Below are positions 28,128-39,292 of a stretch of DNA of 64,000 bases, one piece after another (position 1 is the first letter of the stretch; every line of letters begins with the position of its first letter). The notes beneath the pieces were generated by a model. It saw nothing but the letters and a program-made list of their open reading frames with translations. It had not been told where the DNA came from and ran no database searches. The position numbers and the translations under genes were made by a program. This DNA is from the human T2T-CHM13v2.0 reference genome, Homo sapiens. Location of the stretch: the NCBI RefSeq assembly GCF_009914755.1, contig NC_060942.1, one strand, 5' to 3'.

Positions 28128-28411
28128 TGATAACAAAAAACTCAAAGACAGCTCAAAAACTCACTAGTCAGGCAACTAATTACACTGGACCCACCTGACC
28201 ACTCTCTAACTGGGTATGCTGGCTTCTTCCATTCGTTGGTCCTCTAATATCTATCTTCCTCCTTCTCTTATTCAGGCCTTGAGTCTTCCAGTTAATCTCT
28301 CAGTTCCTACAAAACTGCATCCAGGCTATCACTAATCACTCTATAGGATAAATGCTGCTTTTGACAACCCCACAATATCACCCCTTACCCCAAAATCTTA
28401 CTTTAGTCTAA
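28128..28411 (+). pseudogene. env: HERV-H env C-terminus (TM/cytoplasmic tail), disrupted
   Basis: Translates, with one frameshift and stops, as KKLKD/AQKLTSQATNYTGPT*PLSNWVCWLLPFVGPLISIFLLLLFRP*VFQLISQFLQNCIQAITNHSIG*MLLLTTPQYHPLPQNLTLV*. This matches recalled HERV-H Env (..KKLKDRAQKL..LSNW..LLLFGPC..QAITNHSI..PQYHPLPQ). Confidence 0.88.
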
Positions 28412-28992
28412 TCTCTCCCACTTTAGGTTCCTGTGCCGGCCCTAATCCTGCTCGAAGCAGCCCTGAGAAACGTCACCCATCAACCCTCCATACCACCCCC
28501 AAAATTTTCACCCCAAGTTTTCACTACTCTTTCTCGTTTTATTTCTTCATTATTAATATAAAAAGACAGGAATGTAAGATCCTCTGAGCTGGCCACACCA
28601 TGGTCAAACCATCATATTCCCCCGCCCTTGTGATAATGTAATTTGTGATATTCCCTGTCCTTGTGAATGTACTTTATAACATTCCTCCCTGCCCTGGTGA
28701 CAATGCACCCTCCCTGTCCTTGTGAATGTACTTTGTAACATCCTCCCCACCCTTGTGACAATACACCCTCCCCACTGTTGAGAATGTACTTTGTAACATC
28801 CATCCCCTGCCCGCAAAAAAAATTGCTCCTGACTCCACAATCTATCCCAAACCTATAAGTACCAGTGATAATCCCACCACCCTTCGCTGACACCTTTGTC
28901 GGACTCAGCCCACTTGTACCCCAAGTAAATAAACAGCCTTGTTGCTCATACTAAGCCTGCTCAGGTGGTCTCTTATATAGACATACCTAACA
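28128..28992 (+). mobile_element. 5'-truncated HERV-H provirus: env tail, polypurine tract, complete 3' LTR (LTR7/LTR7C-like, 28573-28992)
   Basis: HERV-H 3' internal motif CTCGAAGCAGCCCTGAGAAAC and polypurine tract AAAAAGACAGGAA. TG...CA LTR with U3 tandem repeats (CCTTGTGAATGTACTTTGTAACA), TATA-like CCTATAAG and AATAAA. Confidence 0.9.
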
Positions 28993-31834
28993 AGGACTGG
29001 TGTATACCACCACACCCAGCTATTAAATCTTTTATAGAGATGAGGGTCTTGCTATGTTGCCTAGGCTGGTCTTGAACTCCTCCTCAGCCTCCCAAAGTGT
29101 GGGAATTATAGTTGTAAACCACTGTACCCAGCCCCACAATTTCTTTATCTACTCACCTATTGATAGACACTTAAGTCACTTCCAAGTTTTGGCTATTACA
29201 AATTAAGCTGCTGTGAACACATATCTAAAACCTTTTATAGATTCATGCTTTCATTACTCTTGGGGAAATATCCAGATATGGAATGGTTGGGTCATAAGGT
29301 AGGCATATGTTTGCTCAAAAATTCCAAGATGGTTTTTCCAAAGTAGCTGTACCTTTTATATTCATATCAGTAATACAGAAAAGTTTCAGTTACTCTAACA
29401 TCTCTCACAAATACTTGGTATTATGAGGTTTTTTCTTTAATAACATCCTAATAGGTACGTGGTGGCAACTCAATATGGTTTGACTTTGTATTTTCCTAGT
29501 TATATATGTTGAACATCTTTTCCTGTGCTTAACTCTCATGCATTTGCATTTTTTGCTGAAATGCCTGTTTGAATCTTTTACCCATTTTTAATTGGGTAGT
29601 TTGTTTAAGTTTTGAGAGTTTTTTATATATTCAGGATATTCCTTTATTAGATGTGTAATTTGTTATTTTATTTCAATCTATAAATTGGTTTTTCATTCTT
29701 TCAAACAGCAGCTGTTCTTAATTTTGATGAAATCTAATTTATCAAAGCTCTCTTTTATGGATCGTGCTTTGGGTGTTATATCTAAATATTTCCCTAACCT
29801 TGAGGTCACAAAGACGTTTATAATTTCTTCTAAATATTTTACTGTTTTAGGTTTTCTCTAGTCTATAATATAAAGTTAACTTTTGTATTTGCTATAGACT
29901 TTTGCATATGAATATATATTTTGCATATGAATATTATTGCTGAAAATTGACCACAAGTGTGTGGGTTTGTGGCTGGACTCTCTTCTGTTCCATTGATCTA
30001 TTTCTCATTCTTGAGATCAATACCACACTGAAGTTAGATGGTAGAAGTCTTCAAACTTTGTTCTTTTTCAAAATCATCTTGCCTACTCTAGGTTCTTTAT
30101 ATTCCATCTGAATTTTTAAATTAACTTCTTTAGAGTGCCTGCTGATATTTTTATTAGGACAGCATTGAATCTGTTGATCAACTGGAAAAAATATACACCT
30201 TAAAAATACTGAGTTATTCAACCCATGAACATCTCTCTCCATTTTAGGCCTTCTTTAATTTCACTGAGCTATGTTTTATACTTTACAGTGTACAAGTCTT
30301 ACAGATATTGTGTCAAATTTATGCCCAAGAATTTCAGTTTTGAAACTGTTAGTAGTACTGTTTTGTAAAATCAGTTTTTCTATTCTTTATTTCTAATATA
30401 TAAAGACACAATTTTTTAAGCTCATCTTATGTTCTACAGACATGGCTAAACTCCCTGATTAGTTCTAGAAGCTTTGACTCCATAAGACTTTCTGCTTAGA
30501 CAATCATGTCAGCTGGAAAAAAAGACAACTTTACCTATTTCCAAACTGAATTCCTTTTATTTCCCTTGTATTATTGCACTAGTTAGAACCTCCAGTACAA
30601 TAAGATGAGAGTGAACGTCTTTGTCTTATTCCTGATGTTAGAGAGAAGGCATTTAGTCCTTCACCATTAAATATTATGATTGCTGTACGTTTTCATGGAT
30701 AGCAGTAAATTTTTTTATCTCAAATATGGTAGTTTTCATCTCTACGAGTTTTATTTTGGTCTTTTATATCTCCCATGTCTCTACTTAACATTCAATATTT
30801 CCTTTTGCTTTTTGAACATGTGGAACACTGTCATACCTCTTTTAATGTCTCTACCTACTAATTCTATCATTTTTGTTATTTGTAATTCAGTTTCATTAGA
30901 CTGATTTTATTCTTAATGGTGAGTTGTATTTTCTCTGCCTGCCTAGGATCTTTTGATTGGATGCCAGACATGAATTCTACCTTAATTGATACTAGATATT
31001 TTTCTCATCCTATAAGTATTCTTAAAAATTGCTCTTAACATGGTTGCATTACGTGGGAAGAGTCTGATCCTTTTAGGTCTTATTTGTAAGTCTTGTTTGT
31101 GAGGACAAGACCTGCATTTAATCTGGGGTTAATATTTTCCCACTACTGAGACAAGATTCTTCTTAGATTTCTATCTGATGCCTCCTTAAATATCATTTTC
31201 CACTCTACCTGTTGGAAACAGGCACTTTTGCCATCCAATATAAACCCTAGACACTATTTCCCCGAATTACTTTTCAGTGGTTCTCTCCCTGTCTCAGTAG
31301 GTCTCCTCCCAAGTGTGCACTGATCCCTACTCAATGGAAACCTCTGAGCGTCTCAGGCATCTACGCTTTCCTCTCCTGTCTCTTATATTCTGCCCTGTGA
31401 ACTCCAGCCACATTGGTTTCTCCAGGTTTGGGAACATAATCTTGGAGACAGCCAGCCTTCCCTGGCTTCCCCATTCCTGCACTGAGACCTGAAAGTTTTT
31501 CTCAAACTGTAAGGTTCTGGCAATCATAGTGCTCACCTCTTTTTTTCCCATCCCTCAGGGATCACTGTCCTTTGTTGCCTGGAGTCCAATGTCTTGAATG
31601 CCATTATTTACTATATTTTGTCTGGGTTCTTTTTAGTTGTTACAGGTGGGTAGGTGAACACATTCCCCCATTACTTTTCCTTGATGAGGAACAGAAGAAC
31701 AGAACAATGTTTTTTATAGCAACACTGAAGGCAACATAGATATTTTTCATTAGTGACATAGATGACTTATGGTAAGGAAATGATTTATCTGCTAAGTGAG
31801 TTTATTTCTAAACACAGCCTATTATCAATGTTCT

Positions 31835-32345
31835 CCAGTGAAAGACTACCAGGAACACACCTATAGTTGAACGGGTTGTGTTATTTCTTGTTGAAACAAG
31901 GAAGATAGATGGGAAACCACAGGGCATCTCAATAAGAGGGTGTTAGAAAAGATTTTAGGACTTGGGCTTGTGGAAAATTCAAAGGAGCTGGCTCCACCCC
32001 AGACTGGATGCTACCATGAAGTAGAGGTAAGTTCCATGCTTGACCAGTGTAAAAAATCCTATCTAGGAAGATGACAGAGTAGAGAAAAGCTAAAGCTATA
32101 ATTAGGAAACAAACAGTAGTCACTCATTTTCCAGGATAGGGGAGTGTCTGATCTTTTTGTGGCATTGGGAATATGTTTTGTTTGCATTCAATGGTTTCAT
32201 TTTTGTCTCGATCCATCATAGTCAGAATGGCCTTGTCCAATGTTGATATTCCATGAAATTGTTTATGTTAAAAAGCAGAATATTAAAGCTAGCTGCAAGT
32301 TTCAAGCTAGTTCTAGATGTCTTGGGCTACTTTCCTGTTTCTCAC
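31835..32345 (-). mobile_element. Probable old ERV solo LTR (family uncertain)
   Basis: LTR-like size with TG...CA ends; resembles recalled MER4-group/ERV1 LTRs. Confidence 0.4.
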
Positions 32346-33109
32346 TAGTAAGAGAACTATAGACTCACCACTCTTGCTAAAGGAAAGACTGAACTATGTA
32401 ATTAGAGGATTAATGGATTCACTTTCAGGACTAGAGTCTACACCTCCACAGACCCAGGAGTGCTGCTACTCACAGATAAAGCCTACCAGAATCGTTTGGA
32501 AGCTAAAAGTAATGAAGCATCAACATTGACTCCCATGTAAGAGAGTTACTCCTAAAGAGAAGGTTTGGTTTGCTGGATAAAAGAGCTTAAAGAACATTTT
32601 ATATATGGGTCCAGAATGAACCTGACGAGGGAGAGCAGACTAGGACTGGAATGAGCATGCATGAATGGCATTTTCCTAGTGAAGGTCAAAGAACTGCAGT
32701 ATTCTCTTTGTGTGGCTCTAGGGAAATCTAGACTTTGCTAGTGTTTCAGCCTCTCAACCTACAATATTCTTACAAGAATGCCCAATTCTTGAGTTAAAAA
32801 ATGTAGCTACATGCTTTTCAGTCCAGAGACACACAGAGTTGGTATAGTGAGGACTAGCAACAGGACAAGGCAGTCAAGAAAGATACAATATGTGACACCA
32901 TTTTTCTCTGGGATTCAGTGAAGGTGGAGGAAGGGATAGAAAAGCAATATTAACACCTCAAGTAGAATTCCTGGAGCCTCTTATTGATGGACAATGGAAT
33001 AGACAGTAAAATAAGTAAAATCCACCTTCCTAGTTGCCTCAGAGGTAAAGAAAGGCAACTTTGAACGAAAAGCAACACCCAGATTTCTCACAAGGTGATA
33101 CATTCCCAT

Positions 33110-34480
33110 GTTCGTGTGCATCTATTTAACATAGTCCAAGCCATCACCATCTTGTGGCTGGATTACTGCAGTCTGCTCCTGACTATTCTGATTCTACTTG
33201 TCTCGCCCAAATTTATTTCCCAGATAGAAAAAGATCATGCTGATTCAGCTAAGATAAATCAGATTATGTCTCACACACTCAAAAAAGGAAGAAAAAAAAA
33301 ATCTCTACCAATGGCTTTCCCAGCATCCTTAGAGAAAACACTACAAAGTTCTTTCCACGGCCTATGTGACCCAGCTCCTGGATGTTTTCCTGGCCTCTTT
33401 CCCCATCACTCTTCATTTGCTTGGTGTCTTTCAATTGCAGAATGCAGAGCATTGGGGGGTGGGAAGAACAGGCAGAAAACTACTGGGGTGCTGGCCAACA
33501 TGCAATGCCATAGCATAGAACTGTCAGTAAACTACAGGTAGTAAAGATAAGTAGGTTTAATGTCACTTGTTTTTCAGTGTGTTTTGTGTTTTCATCCTAG
33601 GGTTGCTGTAACAAAGTATCATCAGTTGTGTGGCTTAAAACAAAAATGTATTGTCTCACAATTCTGAAAGCCAGAAATCAAAAATCAAGGTGTCATTAAA
33701 GTCATGCTTCCTCTGAAACCCTGGATAGACTCTTCCTTACCTCTTCCTAACTCTGGGTGGTTACTGGAAATCCCTGGTACCCCTTATCTTACAGATGCAG
33801 CATCTCAATCTCTGCCCCTGTCATAACACAGCCTTCTCTCCTTGTGTCCTCTAAGGAAACTGAGGAGCCACCGCACTCCAGTATGACATCACCTTACCTG
33901 ACAGTATCTACAACAATCCTATTCTCAAATAAAGTCACATTCTGAGGTTCTTGGGGTTAGGATTGCAACATTTATTTTTTTGAGGGGGACACAGTTCAAC
34001 CAGTAACAGTTGGGTTGGGCACAGGTGGGCTGTGTATGTTAGGAAATAAAATGCACATAGTACTGTGTGCCACAATCAGAGCAGCTTGACAAACTCTGCT
34101 TGGCTTAATCTACTTCAGTAACTCCAGCCTTCTTGCTTTTCCCAGAACAAAACAAGTTTGCTCACTCCCAATGCAGAGTCTTTTTGCTCCCTCAACCTAC
34201 AGGGCCTCCCCTGCAGCCCTGTGGCTCCCTCCCGCCATTTATCTAGATCTCTGCTCATGTGTCACCTCACCAAGAGAACTTTCCCGTCTACCCTTTTTAG
34301 GTAGCACCTTCTAATCGCTGTTATTGGACTCAGCCCTACTTTTCTTCAGAATCTATGGCACTCTAACATTTTATAAACATATTTACTTTTCCTTCCACTA
34401 AAACATAAGCATCATGTGGGCAGTAACTGTTTCCCCAGTCTTCCAAACAATAGCCATTCAAATCCCTGTTGTTGAATGAG
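33110..34480 (+). mobile_element. L2 fragments interrupted by an MLT1
   Basis: CCAAGCCATCACC...CTGGATTACTGCAGTCTGCTCCTGAC, CAGATTATGTC, TCTGCTCATGTGTCACCTC, and terminal TGTTGAATGA. Confidence 0.65.
33588..34008 (-). mobile_element. MLT1B/C-like LTR
   Basis: CCTAGGGTTGCTGTAACAAAGTA...GTGGCTTAAAAC...CAAATAAAGTCACATTCTGAGGT...GGGGACACAGTTCAACCAGTAACA. Confidence 0.85.
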
Positions 34481-34491
34481 TCTATATTGAT

Positions 34492-35038
34492 TGTGGAAAT
34501 AAAGACTCATCAAATGAGAGAGGCTAAAGCTATTGATTCTGAGGCTGCTATAGAAAAGGCCTTAGTCTGTGTTTGGCACAAACTCAAAAGTAAAAGCAGA
34601 GGAGTAGGAAAGCTCTATAGTTGAAGAAGGGAAGGGTTCAGCTATGCCCTGATTGGAGGCTGTTGGCATGGGGAAGCTGTACGCAGGCCAACTAGACTTA
34701 CAGAATCACATGCAATTGTTTAATTTTGCACAATTGGCTTTCTCTGGTTTAGTCCTCAGTTGGAAACAGGGAAATAGAAATTAAGGAAGATGTCAATTAT
34801 CAATCAAATCCGAGCTGTCCTGGGCTGATTGTTACAGAGAACTTTGTTTGGCTTTCCAGACCAGTTTCTAGAGTTATCGTCTGACTTTCTGTAAGTCTGA
34901 CATAGAAAGCAGGTTGGCTTCCTGGCTGGTTAATGTAAATAACAGGTTGGTTTCCTGAGCTTGTTGGTGGAGATTATAGGTCAGTGTTCTATTTTTATAT
35001 ATGGTCTGGCCATTGTCCATTGTATATTCAGTTTCTCA
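34492..35038 (-). mobile_element. Probable old ERV1 solo LTR (family uncertain)
   Basis: About 550 bp with TG...CA ends and CTGATTGG; recalled similarity to MER4-group LTRs. Confidence 0.45.
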
Positions 35039-36643
35039 CTATAAAAAAAGTTATTAAATGCATAGCAAAAGAAATAGAAGATACTGTTAACTGGGTGGGC
35101 TGTACCGGGGTGGGGTAGGAGATAAAAAAGGACTCAGTTTTATTTTGTATACACACTTGTGGTCTACATTTTTGCAATAAGCATGTATTATTTTTAACTT
35201 AGGAAAAAATAAACAGTATAATCAAGCAAAGGCAATTGCAAGACATACCACCTCATCTGATGTTTACAAAATCTACTTGATGAAACCCTTGGCTTGGTTG
35301 TTAAGCCTCCTGTTATTTTGTTTTTCATTTTTTGCTTTTCTGAAAACAAGATAAACATTGTAAAAATATGCTAAATCCTATCTTGGAAGTTTCAGTTCAT
35401 GTATTCCGAGTGAATTTCTGGTTCACTCGTATTTTCAACTGAAACCGTAAAACCAACTCTTCCATTGACATTTATTCAATGAGTATGTATTGAGTGGCTA
35501 ATATGTTCCAGACATTTTCTTCCCTAAAAGGAAAATGTCATCATTAAAAGAATGTAGTGAATTTAAATTGAACTAAAGTTTGATTTGAAAGTCTGCTTCC
35601 CTAGAGACATAGCCCCGTCTTGTGGAGCTTTAGAATATTTTTGGTGATGATCATATTTACGTTGCGTTTTCACAACCACAAATGTCATGTGGGTTAACTC
35701 TCAATTGATCACAAAATTCCAGTAACCAAAATATTTCATTCCTCAGGCATTCAGCTATGGGAACCTTTATTTATTCTAGTTCTTAGCAAGGAAAATAATG
35801 TGTAAGTCTTTTCTTAATGTTGTCTAAACACATTTGTTTCCAATGTTACTGTCAAAGAACATACCTTGCACATAGCCTCTTATGGGAGTTAATATAGTTA
35901 TATTTGCAGCTGTGTATCAGATACAAGTGTACATGGACCATATGTCTGTACCCCTATTGCCCAGTTGAGGACCTCACATATAGATGTTCAATGTTTTAAA
36001 AGAATGGCAGAAGCCCCAAGGCATAACATAGATCAGGAAAAAAACTTCATTTAATTCAGTTATAACATATTTATGTATAGTAGTCAAGGGTATAGTGCTT
36101 TTTAAAAATATATAAGCTCTTGATTTAGAAGAAAAAAGTATACACAATGATTTGAGCCAGAAATATAATATTCAGAGAAGTGCTACAGAATATAAGTTCT
36201 CCCACAGTTCAGAAGGATGAGAAATTATTTCCTGCTGGGATGATTAAGAAAGGCCTCACATTTGAGAGTCACTGGGGAATATGACCTAAAACTACTTGTA
36301 ATGGAATATACTGCATATCAAGGCCTCATTATAACAGGTAGATATTCTGTTTGTAAAAATCATTGCCTTCACATAAATGTATCAAATGTTCTACTAAAAA
36401 AAGTCTAACTCAAGGTACACCTTGGCTACCTGTTAGAATTAGCTTTGCTATAATAAAGGACATGAAAATAAGACCCTCACATTGATATAAAATCCAAGTT
36501 CTTAATTAACACAGAGCAGGCATCTAGTACATGATGCTGAAGAATGAATGAAGTTTTACTTACCCACAGCAGACCTCCCTGCAAGTTCCTATGCATCTGT
36601 GGGACTCACCTCCTCTCACCAAATAAGGGTTGTCAGAAGTATC

Positions 36644-36955
36644 AAATTAAAACAATTGAACCCATGGAGATAGAGAGTAGAATGATGATTATTCAGAGGC
36701 TGGGAGGGGTAGTGGGTACAAAAAATAGTTAGCATGAGATCTAGTATTTGATAATACAGAGTGACTAGAGTCAATAACTGTACATTTTAAAATAACTAAG
36801 AGGGTATAATTGGACTGTTTGTAATACAAAGGATAAATGCTTGAGGTGATGGATGCCCTATTGACCATGATGGGATTATATGTTACATGCCTGTATCAAA
36901 ATATCTCATGTATCCTATAAAACATATCTACTATGTACCCACAATTTTTTTTTAA
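36644..36955 (+). mobile_element. L1MA2/3-like 3' end (5'-truncated)
   Basis: AATTAAAACAATTGAACCCATGGAGATAGAGAGTAGAATGATG...TATGTACCCACAA; homologous to 24900-25260 in this window. Confidence 0.88.
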
Positions 36956-37069
36956 ATACCAAACATCTTTTGCTTCTGTGTCTATACCTCAATTCATAGC
37001 TCTATCTTTTGATGGCTTGCGTGGGCATTTTTTAAAAACATAACAGTGATAAAAATATTTATGTAATTA

Positions 37070-37680
37070 TTTTATACTATCCTTACATACATTGAAGGAA
37101 GAATTATTTATCCCACTTTATAAGTGAAGAAACAAAGGCCAGAGGCTGAGTTATTCAAGATCAGGTAGCTAGGAAGTTTCATTCGGGATTTAAACCCATA
37201 TTCATTGTTGTTTGCACAGACCAAAGCTCACTCAGGCTACTTGATTTTCACAAAACTGCCCATTAATTGCCAATTCTGCCATTTATAAGCATAGATTAAT
37301 TCGTTCTGTGATCTTAGAGAAGTCACTTCAACCCACTGTGCCTCAGTGTACTCAACTGTAATAAAGAAGAAAATTATACCCCTCTGCCCTACTTGCCAAT
37401 TTGATTTAAGAGCACAATCAGACGCAGGAGGCATAAGCATATTGTTTAAAACATGGACTCTGGAGTTAGCTGCTTGAGTGTGTATACCACATGAGCAGCT
37501 TATTAATGGTCCATGAACAGGTTGTTTAACTTCTCTAAACCTCCATTGTATCGTCTGCAACATGAAAATAAAGGTTATTCCCTCCTAGGATTGTTCTGAG
37601 GATTAAATGAAACTGTTTATATAAAGTCCTTAGCAGGGGACATGGAACACGGTACTTATGTCAGCTATAGTTATTAACAT
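37070..37680. mobile_element. Cluster of MIR fragments in both orientations
   Basis: CCCACTTTATAAGTGAAGAAACAAAGGCCAGAG (minus); GTCACTTCAACCCACTGTGCCTCAGT and TTTAACTTCTCTAAACCTC...GAGGATTAAATGA (plus). Confidence 0.7.
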
Positions 37681-37889
37681 ACACACCTAAAAGCACCAGA
37701 AAAATAAGACTTTATGCAATTATGGGGTTGTTATTGTCTATTCTAAGCCAAGTTGATGGGTCCCACCTGGCCCTACCCCAAGTTGACTTTTCCCCCCATT
37801 TATGTTTTACTAAATCATTCTAAAAATATTAAATGTTTTTGGCTACTAAGGGCTGAAGTACAGGACAACAGATGAACTCCCAAGAAACC

Positions 37890-38320
37890 TCTATCTTCAG
37901 AATTCCTGCAAAAATACGACATAGTCAAAGCGTTAAATTTTGATGAAGGGGCTATTTACCAAGGCTTAGGCAGGGTTCAGGGAATCCCTAGTGACAGTGA
38001 AGCACCAGGACTTGGGCGGGTTGAGAGGTTTTATTCCTACTCAGCCTGAACAAAGATATAGAGAGTAATGTTCCCAGACCTGAAGAAAGCTGGGGCCACC
38101 CAACAAGATGGTAGCCACTGATGACAGCAGGTGGCCTACAGTCAATAAATACCCCGCCTCTCATCTCTTCCTTATGCCTCCCACTGGCCAAACACCACTG
38201 GAAATCAGAGGCCAGAAAGCCCAGAGATTTAGTCATAGATGGTAAACCTCTGTGAGCCAGTTTAAGATAGAGAAAGGAGAATCTACTGGTGTGGGAAATG
38301 GAGAATGCCCAGCACATAGT
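37890..38320 (-). mobile_element. Ancient ERVL/MaLR LTR fragment (MLT1L/LTR33-like)
   Basis: CCTCCCACTGGCCAAACACCACTGGAAATCAGAGGCCAGAAAGCCC motif. Confidence 0.45.
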
Positions 38321-38399
38321 CTTAAATTAGAACTAAACAAAAATATAATCAGCGAAGTATAATTTCCTTCAGTATACTGGCTAATCATAGCCCTATCGT

Positions 38400-38600
38400 T
38401 TAAAACAAGACAGCCTGAATTCAACTCCTGGCCCTAGTACTTACTAGCTGGGTGTCCTCATGCTGGGGCTACTTTCCTCACCCGTAAAATCGATATAATA
38501 GTAATATTTATCCTCCAGGGTTGTAGTCAGAGGTAACAAGTTAGTATTTGTATAATAGTATAGGGTAGAGCACTTAGCAATGTATAAAGTTTATTATTGT
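38400..38600 (+). mobile_element. MIR
   Basis: CAGCCTGAATTCAACTCCTGGCCCTAGTACTTACTAGCTG...TTTCCTCACCCGTAAAAT. Confidence 0.7.
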
Positions 38601-38695
38601 ATTATCCTTTGTCCTAGGGTAAGATTATAAATGCTTGTGGAGCTAAGTCATACACAAGTGAATTCTTCAAATAATAGGAAAAGGGCATGACTATA

Positions 38696-39292
38696 CTTGT
38701 TACGTGTCACGTATACAAGCAAAACATACTGACTCAAATTGTACTGTGGCAGGGGGTGGACTGAACAGGCGGAAATACAACCCTAATGTCAATTCATCAT
38801 CGCAGCTCACACTGGAGAAGTACATTTTGTGGTTTCCTGAACTTCAACCAGGCAAGCACAGACTGAAGAGAATAGAGTCAGTACACTCAAAGATTCTCCC
38901 TACAGAAGTGTCTTCTTATGAGGCCCACCAAATGCATGAAGGTATGTAGATTGACACATGTTAATATACCTTCCTTTTGAAGCACCAAACGTGACATTTC
39001 CCAAATGGGCTTCAGTGTGCTGTTTTCCTTTTCTTCAGACCAAAATTGCTTTATTACAAGTTTTGCAGATGGTATCAAGGTTCCCGTCAACAAGGCCAGA
39101 TGGAATCTGAAGCTAGTAAACAACAGCAGAGAAGCAGGGTCCCTAAAACCGAGCCCAGTGCTGTCATCATCTGCCGTCCCAGACTGCAGACAGTTGAGGC
39201 CTCGGCAGCCATCCAATCGCAGGACATCCTCAATCCAAAGATGTAAGCACATGTTGGCCAGGGGAGGTGGGGACGGGGTTGGGGGGTGGGGG
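38696..39292. promoter_or_regulatory. Candidate promoter/enhancer: unique, locally CpG-enriched block
   Basis: Inverted TACGTG pair (38701-38713), AP-1 TGACTCA (38730-38736), FOX GTAAACA (39116-39122), CCAAT (39213-39217), five G-runs (39261-39292). No repeat recognised here. Confidence 0.45.

Larger units (their letters stand above)
28006..29134 (-). mobile_element. AluJ-like, split by a HERV-H insertion
   Basis: Alu parts at 28006-28127 and 28993-29134; TSD CACAATTTCTT at 27995-28005 and 29135-29145. Confidence 0.85.
27640..31680 (-). mobile_element. Old L1 (L1MC/L1MD-like): 3' UTR and ORF2 (27640-30680) plus ORF1/5' region (30690-31680)
   Basis: Reverse L1 motifs GAGATTCATCCATGTTGTCG, TTTTGGCTATTACAAATTAAGCTGCTGTGAAC, TTCTGTTCCATTGATCTA, AGAACCTCCAGTACAAT. 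The minus ORF 30051-30242 resembles degenerate ORF2. Confidence 0.75.

Noticed and set aside
28620-28800. Repeat-spacer-like array resembling CRISPR
   Set aside because: These are U3 tandem repeats of a HERV-H LTR in a mammalian genome; no unique spacers or cas genes.
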